From contig JBCBJQ010000013.1 in assembly GCA_038523235.1 (NCBI GenBank), forward strand, positions 1 to 64,000: a stretch of 64,000 nucleotides of DNA, read 5' to 3'. The notes beneath the pieces were generated by a model. The model was given only the letters and a program-made list of their open reading frames with translations. It was not told where the DNA came from and searched no databases. Origin of the DNA: Cyanobacteria bacterium J06626_4 (GTDB lineage: Bacteria; Cyanobacteriota; Cyanobacteriia; Phormidesmidales; Phormidesmidaceae). Position numbers and translations under genes: made by a program. Numbering within the stretch: position 1 is the first letter of the stretch; every line of letters begins with the position of its first letter. This document shows, piece after piece, positions 57,574 to 64,000 of this stretch.

Positions 57574-59766
57574 ATGTCTTTGCCGTCCGCTGCTCCGTCT
57601 CAATCACCGCTACATCGGGTCAAGCGTCGCTTTGGCCTCAAGGTCAAGCTGACCGGCATGATGCTGCTCACCATCAGTGCGATTGCAGCGATCGTCCATA
57701 TTCCCTGGGTCTATATCTCTCGCCAAAACGTCAAGCAAATGGTCAGCGTCCTTCACGATGAGGCGTTTAAGGGAGCGCAAAACGATGCGGCGGCGTTCTT
57801 TGATAATGTGTTGGCGATTCAGCACATTATTTTGAGCAGTCTCAACAACGGGCTGATTGATCTAGAAGATCCGACTGGCCAAGGGCAGCTCTATCTCAAC
57901 CTACTGCACGCCCACGAAAACATTACCTGGGTGCAAATCGGTTTCGCCAATGGCGACTTTTTGGGGGCGCAGCGGCGGGCCGATGGGCTCTACAACCTCG
58001 ACGTTCGGCGGTGGGACGACACCCTGGGGCAGCTGGCTGAGCCGGGCACTGATCTGGCGGCCCAACAGGACGATCGCGCCCAGCAGGCCGCAGTTTTTGA
58101 ACAAACCCAAGCGGCTAACGTTAGCCCCGACCAGCTCGATTGGCAGGTGCGCACCTTTGACTTTGTGGAAGCGGAGGATGCCTGGCAGCAGGTCGATCAA
58201 ACCCAGCGCGACGAGTTTTACTTTTCTCCCCAGCGCCCCTACTATCAGGCGGCACTAGCGACGCCCGGCGAGTCCGTGTGGACTGATGTGTATCGCTTCC
58301 GCACGGGCAATGTGGTGGGACTCGATGCCGCGATCGCCTATGAAGATCCAGAGACGGGCATCCTGCAGGGCGTCGTCAGCATTTCCTTTGGCCTGCGGCG
58401 GATTTCGGAGTATTTATCCGATTTGAAACAGCCGGGCGAGGGCCTCCTGTTCATTGTCGATAGCAACGGTAATTTAGTGGCGGCCAGCGACCCCGCCGTG
58501 CTGGCCAGCACCTTTGAAAGTGAAACCGAGGCCGAATTACTTGCCCTCGCAACCGTCGATAACCCCCTCCTGCAGGTGGTAAATCAGTCCCTGGACGAAC
58601 ACGATGTGGATCTGCAGGAGCTGGTGGATCTGCAGGAGCTATCACAGTATGACCCGATCACCGGCGAACGGTATTACGTGGCCGTGAGCCCGCTCGGTCG
58701 GCTGGACTGGGTGATTGGCAGCATCACGCCGGAGACGGTTTTTTTAGAGCAGATCGATCGCAACCAACAGCGGCTGCTGGTGATCATTCTGGTGTTGCTG
58801 GGGGGTGGCATGATTATCCTCTGGCAGCTGAGCGATCGCCTGCTGATTCGGCCCATTGTGTCGGTCAGTAATGCGGCGATTGCCATGGAATCGGGCAACT
58901 TTGCTGGGGTGGCCCTGACTGAGACGGCTCAGCGCGATGATGAACTCGGGCGCTTGGCAGAGGTATTTCAAAATATGGCGGCGGTGATTGGCGATCGCGA
59001 ACAGAGTCTGAAGGCCCAGCTCGAAGACCTGCGCGACAGCGGCAGTGAGATGGCGGGCAGCCAGCTGGAGGTGGCCTATTATCAGGCTCTGACCGCCCGA
59101 GCCACCGAACTCCGGGCCGTGTCCGAACCGGCGGCGACCCCATCGTTTCCCCCTGCTGATTCCCTAAGTGCCTACTATCGCGCCCTACAAGAACGGGCGG
59201 CGGCGGTGCGGGTGACCCGCATTAGCGGGGTGGAGGTAGAGCAAATGCTGCGCCAGGAAGAGTATCTCGCCACTTTACCCGATGGCGACCTGCGCGAATT
59301 AGCCAGCGGGGCGCAGCGCCAGACCTATGGAGCCGGTGAACTGATTTTTCGAGAAGGGGATGCCGCCGACACCGTGTATGTGTTGGCCGTCGGCACCGTC
59401 GAAGTCCGCTCTACCAGTGATGACAGCCCGCTGCGGGTGTTGCAGCCGGGGCAGATCTTTGGCGATTTGACCCTGATGCTCGATGTGCCGCGCACCGCCT
59501 CCGTGCGCCCGCGTGACCACACAGTCGTCTTCACCCTTGACGAAGCGTTATTTAGTCGCATTTTGCGCCACAATCCCCAGGCCCAGCCCGCCGTTGAGGC
59601 CAAGCTGATGCAGCATCAAGACGTGCTGGCGGATGCGCAAATCTGGCTGGGCGAAGGGCAATCGCAGCTGGCTGCCGGGGCCACCTGGCGCGACCTCGTC
59701 AGTCAACAACTGCAGCAATGGTGGCAGGGACCGTTAGTGGAGCACGCAAGGGCAGACCGGCCATGA
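57574..59766 (+). CDS. TM-Cache-TM-HAMP-cyclic nucleotide-binding domain protein
   Basis: Two TM segments, QRPYYQAA...WTDVY Cache motif, HAMP RDDELGRLAEVFQNMA, cNMP domain ELIFREGDAADTVYVLAVGTVEV...IFGDLTLMLDVPRTASV; start MSLPS at 57574. Confidence 0.82.
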   Translation: MSLPSAAPSQSPLHRVKRRFGLKVKLTGMMLLTISAIAAIVHIPWVYISRQNVKQMVSVLHDEAFKGAQNDAAAFFDNVLAIQHIILSSLNNGLIDLEDPTGQGQLYLNLLHAHENITWVQIGFANGDFLGAQRRADGLYNLDVRRWDDTLGQLAEPGTDLAAQQDDRAQQAAVFEQTQAANVSPDQLDWQVRTFDFVEAEDAWQQVDQTQRDEFYFSPQRPYYQAALATPGESVWTDVYRFRTGNVVGLDAAIAYEDPETGILQGVVSISFGLRRISEYLSDLKQPGEGLLFIVDSNGNLVAASDPAVLASTFESETEAELLALATVDNPLLQVVNQSLDEHDVDLQELVDLQELSQYDPITGERYYVAVSPLGRLDWVIGSITPETVFLEQIDRNQQRLLVIILVLLGGGMIILWQLSDRLLIRPIVSVSNAAIAMESGNFAGVALTETAQRDDELGRLAEVFQNMAAVIGDREQSLKAQLEDLRDSGSEMAGSQLEVAYYQALTARATELRAVSEPAATPSFPPADSLSAYYRALQERAAAVRVTRISGVEVEQMLRQEEYLATLPDGDLRELASGAQRQTYGAGELIFREGDAADTVYVLAVGTVEVRSTSDDSPLRVLQPGQIFGDLTLMLDVPRTASVRPRDHTVVFTLDEALFSRILRHNPQAQPAVEAKLMQHQDVLADAQIWLGEGQSQLAAGATWRDLVSQQLQQWWQGPLVEHARADRP

Positions 59767-61964
59767 CGAATAAAATTCTCCGCGAGGTGTGGGACAAATT
59801 AGACGATCAGGGGATGACCACCCCCGCCTCCACTGAAAAAAATCTCGACGTCAGCCTCTCGGCCAAAAGCCTAGAGCTGGTGCCGGGCGAAAACATCGCT
59901 GAGCTGGCGATTACCGTGGTCAACCAGAGCGATCGCCGGGCCAGCTTTCAGGTGGAAATTTTGGCGGCGGGTCAAGATCCGCGGGTGACGCTGCGCTGGT
60001 ATGACCTGTCGCCAGAGGTCAGCAGCGTTAAGCCGCCGGGCGATACCACGCAGTTTCGCGTTGCCCTGGTCGATAGCCCCATTGTTGGGTTCTTTGGCTG
60101 GGTCAGCCTGACTGTGCGGGTATTTTCGCTGGAACTCAAAACGGAAGAGCGGCAGGTCCTGCGGCTCAAGGTAGTGCCCCCCGCCGGGGCCATCCCCCTG
60201 AAGCTGGAACTGTTGACGCCGATCTTGCGCAGTCGGCCCGGTCGCACCACACGGCTGCCGGTGCGTATCTACAACCTGGCACAGCTCACCGTGGGGGCGT
60301 TGGTGCGCTGCGAGGGCCTACCGCTCGACTGGTTTGTGCAAGATGCCGAGCAGGCGATCGACCTGCTGCCCCAGCAGTGGACGACGACGGAATTTGCGAT
60401 TACGCTGCCCGCCCCTGCCGAAGCCCTGGCCGAGGCCCTGCCGCTGCGAGTGCAGGCCGAAGTGCCGGGCAGCGTGCCCGCGATCGCCGAAGGCCGCTTC
60501 GAGATTCTGCCGGTAGGGCGACTGGCCTTTCGTCCCCCAGTGCCGACGCAACAGCGCCTGCCTCGCTCCTGGCGGCGGCGAGAGGTGCCGCTGCCCGCCA
60601 GCTATGAGCTGACCTTTGAAAACGCCAGCAATCTAGTGCCGACAGTGACACTGGCGCTGAATAGCGAAACGGCGGATGACCTGCAGTGGGCCTTAGAGCC
60701 CGATGACACGCCCTGGTTGCCGGGTACGGTGCAGGCCAAAACCCTGCAGGTGTGGGCGCGGCGGCCCTGGCTGGGGCGCACCCAGACCCACGTGATTGAG
60801 GCTCAGGCGACCGTTTCGGACGAACGGCTTGGCCCCCCGGTCCCGGCCAGTCGACCCTTGCAGCTGGATGTCGCCCCGGTCGTGCCCGCCTGGCTCGCCC
60901 TTTTGGGAGGGCTGGGCCTACTGTGGCTGCTGTGGCTGTTGTCTTGGCTGAATCCGGCTAATGGGCTCTTTGGTCATCAAGCCGCTGTCAATAGTGTCCA
61001 GTTTGACGGCTTAGGGGAAACCATTGTCAGCGGTTCCAACGACCAGACGGCACGCTTCTGGCGGCGTCGGAGCTTCGTCAGACCACTCGAAAATCACGCC
61101 CTTGGCCCGGTGGCGACGGCAGATAAGGCCCTGCGGGTGGCGCGCTATCGGCCCCTCAACAACGATCAGCTGGCCGTGGGTTTAGAAAATGGCGAGATTC
61201 AACTGTGGGATCTGCTACGCCAGGAGCAATTGCTGGCACTCGCGGCCCCCAATCAGCGCGACGATCGCGTCTTAGATGTGCTCTTTACCCCCCATACCCC
61301 AAGCTTGTTGAGTAGCCACGGCAGCGGCACGGTGTTGCGCTGGGCGTTAGGCCCCGAGGCCGATGCGGCGGGCGACAGTCGCCTTCTGCAAACCGCCCAG
61401 TTTGACTTCGCGGCCTATAGTTTGGCGGCGGTGGGCCCCGAGGGCACCGTGATTGCCGTGGCTGGCCGCTACAACCGACTAGAGCTGTGGGATTGGCAAA
61501 CCGATGAGCGCCTGGCGATCGCGGAATTTGCCGGGGGGCAGGACGACTACATCACCAGCTTAGCCACCGCTGCAGCTCACCCCAACTGGCTCGCCGTGGC
61601 CGATAACCAAGGGCAAATTACCCTGCTGGATTTGAGCCCCTGTCTCTCGGGCAACGCGGCTTGCCGCACCCTCGATCGCTGGGCCGCTAGCGAGGATGGT
61701 CAATCGATTCGGGCGATCGCGCTGACCCGCTCAGGCTGCTATCTCACCAGCGTCGGCGACGATGGACAGGTCAAACTGTGGCCGCTCTTGCAAGGGCGAC
61801 GGCACGGTCGTTTTGCGGCGGGCAAAACCCTCGCTCGCCTGCCGCAGCCGCTCAACAGTGTGGACATTCGGCTCAAACGCAATCAGCTATGGTTGGTATC
61901 CGGCAGTGACGACAGCCGGGTGCGGGTACACCGTTCACCGCTGCAGCCCACCGACTGCCGCTGA
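59763..61964 (+). CDS. Ig-like repeats - TM - WD40 beta-propeller protein (candidate CIS membrane anchor)
   Basis: ATGA overlap with the upstream gene; Ig-like units (ITVVNQSDR, VRIYNLAQ, LTFENASN); TM WLALLGGLGLLWLLWLLSWL; WD40 repeats (GHQAAVNSVQF...VSGSNDQTARFW, GEIQLWD, VGDDGQVKLW). Confidence 0.8.
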   Translation: MTNKILREVWDKLDDQGMTTPASTEKNLDVSLSAKSLELVPGENIAELAITVVNQSDRRASFQVEILAAGQDPRVTLRWYDLSPEVSSVKPPGDTTQFRVALVDSPIVGFFGWVSLTVRVFSLELKTEERQVLRLKVVPPAGAIPLKLELLTPILRSRPGRTTRLPVRIYNLAQLTVGALVRCEGLPLDWFVQDAEQAIDLLPQQWTTTEFAITLPAPAEALAEALPLRVQAEVPGSVPAIAEGRFEILPVGRLAFRPPVPTQQRLPRSWRRREVPLPASYELTFENASNLVPTVTLALNSETADDLQWALEPDDTPWLPGTVQAKTLQVWARRPWLGRTQTHVIEAQATVSDERLGPPVPASRPLQLDVAPVVPAWLALLGGLGLLWLLWLLSWLNPANGLFGHQAAVNSVQFDGLGETIVSGSNDQTARFWRRRSFVRPLENHALGPVATADKALRVARYRPLNNDQLAVGLENGEIQLWDLLRQEQLLALAAPNQRDDRVLDVLFTPHTPSLLSSHGSGTVLRWALGPEADAAGDSRLLQTAQFDFAAYSLAAVGPEGTVIAVAGRYNRLELWDWQTDERLAIAEFAGGQDDYITSLATAAAHPNWLAVADNQGQITLLDLSPCLSGNAACRTLDRWAASEDGQSIRAIALTRSGCYLTSVGDDGQVKLWPLLQGRRHGRFAAGKTLARLPQPLNSVDIRLKRNQLWLVSGSDDSRVRVHRSPLQPTDCR

Positions 61965-62094
61965 AGCCGTTAAAACAGGGTGAGATTTTGCGCCCCTGTC
62001 TCCGACCGCTCCGATAATCATGAAACCCCGTAAACGCTTCGCATCCTGAACCCGCTAAAAAGCAATAAAAACCCTACTCTCTAACCCCCCTACA

Positions 62095-62158
62095 CCCCTA
62101 CTCCCTAGCCCCCCTACTCCCTAGCCCCCCTACTCCCTAGCTCCCCTACTCCCTAGCT
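62095..62158 (+). repeat. 16-bp tandem repeat x4 (CCCCTACTCCCTAGCY)
   Basis: Four consecutive copies that differ only at the last base; degenerate copies on both sides. Confidence 0.9.
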
Positions 62159-62183
62159 CCCTTACGCTCCTGCCCCCGCTGCG

Positions 62184-64000
62184 ATGCCTGCCAACCGCGA
62201 TCAAAAATTGAACCTGCTGCGCTCCGTCGATTGGGTGGTCAACCCGTCGGGCGAAGTGGCGATCGCCAGTGGCGACACCTTAGAACTGCGCGTCACCTTG
62301 ATGAACCAGGGTCACCAGGGGGCCGTTTTTGACGTCTACCTCGATGAAACGGCAGAGCCCGTGCGCCACTGGTGTCGCGAGTCGTTTCAGCGATTAGCCT
62401 TGGATGCACAACAGTCGGCGGAGGTGGTCTTTCAGCTTGAGGTGCCGCTGCAAACCCTGCCCGACGCCTATGAATATTTGCTGGTGCTCGATGCGCCCCA
62501 GCATTACCCGGAAGAAACGCCGCTGCAGCATCAATCACGGCTGCGAGTGTTGCCGCCCGTGCAATCGGCAGAGCAGACCAAAGATCCCACCTTTCGCGTC
62601 GTGCCGGAGACGACGCCCGCTCAGCCCCTGCTACTGCGGCCCGGTCAGCCCTTAGAGTTTCAGGCGATCGTTCACAACCGGTCGGATCGGGTCGATCGCT
62701 TCCGGCTCACCTGCGCCGACCTGCCCAAATCCTGGTATCGCATCGTCTATCCCGAGGGGCTGCAAAACCTGGGGCAGGTGATCAGCCGCGACAGCCTGCT
62801 GCTCAACCCCGGAGCCGAAGGGCGCATCATGCTGTTGCTGCAGCTGCCTGGCGATGTCCCTGCCGGACAGCACCTGCCGACGCTGCGACTCCATACCGCC
62901 AACGATCCGGATCTGGTGCTAATCGACGTGGCCTATCTGCAGGTTGCGCCCCACTTTGCCCTTGACCTGCATCTGCGATCGCAGCTGAGCCGGGTGCAGA
63001 CCGGGGCGGGCACCTATGAACTGACACTCGTGAACGGCAGCAACACGCAGCGCTCCCTCACGTTGACGGCTCAGGAAACCGCCGAAAATCCAGTTTGCAC
63101 CTACGATTTGGCGACAGCTGACCTAACGCTGGCACCCGGCGCCACGACCACGGTGCCACTGGCGGTGCAGCCGACGCGGCGCTGGCGACGGCCTTGGTGG
63201 GGCCGGGGGTGGGCCATTCCCTTTTATGTGGAAGCGCAGGACACGCTAGCGTTGCGGGTCGATCGCGATCGCGTGGAGGGTGAGCTGCTGTGGGAAGCAC
63301 GACCCTGGTGGCAGCGGTTGTTAGCCATAGCTTTGATCATTGGCGGCCTGACAGCACTGGGACTGCTGATTTGGCTGGCATTTTTTCGTCCCCCGGCGCG
63401 GCTGCAGGTGGCGGAGCTGGCCGCCGAGGGCGAGCTATACGAAGCCGCGCAAAATGACTTTATTCACCTGCGGTGGCAAGTGGGGCCACCCAGCGCGATT
63501 CGCTCACTGCAGCTGACGGGGCAGGCGCTATCGGGCGACCGCGACCCGGCCCCGCTAACCTACGATCTGAGCGAGGGCCTGCCCCCCGAACTGCAAGATA
63601 TTTGCACCGTCAATCGGCGCTGGCTCACCTGTCGCTTTGTGCGCACGGATGCTCGTCAACCGGGGGACTATCGCTTTGAGCTGACGGCTGTGCCCAACCA
63701 AGCTAGCCAAGCGATCGCCACCGCTGAGAGCGAGCCGATTACCATCAACCCGCTGCCTGATCCGCAAATTGCCCGGCTGACCAGTCAGCTAATGGCCTGG
63801 AAGCCCCGCCCCGAGACGGCGGCGGCAAATAATCGCTCGCCGCGAGCGACCCCCCTGACGAATCCGTTGGCGGCGTTTCCCTGGTTGTTTCAAGGGGCGA
63901 TCGCGCCGATCAATCTGGCGCAGTTACCGGATCAGATTTTGGTATTAGCCTGGCAGATCGCCCATCCGGGGCAGCTCACCCAGCTCGAACTCACGGGGCG
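62184..64000 (+). CDS. Ig-like (COG1470-like) repeats - TM protein, CIS-associated, truncated by the window end
   Basis: Not in the ORF track. My manual translation from ATG 62184 (MPANRDQKLN...) appears open to the end, with VTLMNQG, LDAPQHYPEETP, VHNRSDRVDRFRL and TM WQRLLAIALIIGGLTALGLLIWLAFF. Confidence 0.8.
   Translation, partial: MPANRDQKLNLLRSVDWVVNPSGEVAIASGDTLELRVTLMNQGHQGAVFDVYLDETAEPVRHWCRESFQRLALDAQQSAEVVFQLEVPLQTLPDAYEYLLVLDAPQHYPEETPLQHQSRLRVLPPVQSAEQTKDPTFRVVPETTPAQPLLLRPGQPLEFQAIVHNRSDRVDRFRLTCADLPKSWYRIVYPEGLQNLGQVISRDSLLLNPGAEGRIMLLLQLPGDVPAGQHLPTLRLHTANDPDLVLIDVAYLQVAPHFALDLHLRSQLSRVQTGAGTYELTLVNGSNTQRSLTLTAQETAENPVCTYDLATADLTLAPGATTTVPLAVQPTRRWRRPWWGRGWAIPFYVEAQDTLALRVDRDRVEGELLWEARPWWQRLLAIALIIGGLTALGLLIWLAFFRPPARLQVAELAAEGELYEAAQNDFIHLRWQVGPPSAIRSLQLTGQALSGDRDPAPLTYDLSEGLPPELQDICTVNRRWLTCRFVRTDARQPGDYRFELTAVPNQASQAIATAESEPITINPLPDPQIARLTSQLMAWKPRPETAAANNRSPRATPLTNPLAAFPWLFQGAIAPINLAQLPDQILVLAWQIAHPGQLTQLELTG

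Noticed and set aside
62095..62158. Possible CRISPR array
   Set aside because: The repeats are contiguous with no spacers, and no cas genes are in the window

Overview
Cyanobacterial chromosome segment. The evidence is abundant HIP1 octamers (GCGATCGC), a sigF gene, an ssr1528/DUF4090-type gene and cyanobacterial repeat families. The roughly 55% GC fits a Leptolyngbya/Nodosilinea-like lineage, which is an inference. Positions 1-37.8 kb are mostly housekeeping and accessory genes: sigF, a MacAB-like ABC exporter, a PBP-A-like serine hydrolase, a TrmJ-type methylase, a small AT-richer toxin-antitoxin island (12.6-15.6 kb), a Cache-HAMP membrane protein with no output domain, map, the rplS-tRNA(Trp)-secE-nusG-rplKA-rplJL cluster, peptidases, threonine aldolase and msrAB. 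Positions 37.9-39.9 kb hold an orphan tandem NuiA-like nuclease-inhibitor gene and a RAYT transposase pseudogene with a REP pair. From about 40.3 kb to the window end lies a co-oriented contractile injection system (eCIS) locus resembling the thylakoid-anchored tCIS of filamentous cyanobacteria. It encodes a pseudokinase-TM-PstS-like protein, a gp19-like tube, a 1686-aa disordered repeat protein, a tube initiator fused to a beta/gamma-crystallin domain, VgrG, gp25, baseplate J, a gpI-like wedge, a DUF4159-like protein, a Cache-HAMP-cNMP receptor coupled to an Ig-TM-WD40 protein, and a further Ig-TM protein cut by the window edge. No sheath, PAAR, cap or ATPase gene is visible. The most interesting signal is the set of sensory modules (Ca2+, cyclic nucleotide, phosphate-like ligand) built into this CIS locus. 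All family assignments come from recognising motifs by eye; no searches were run.
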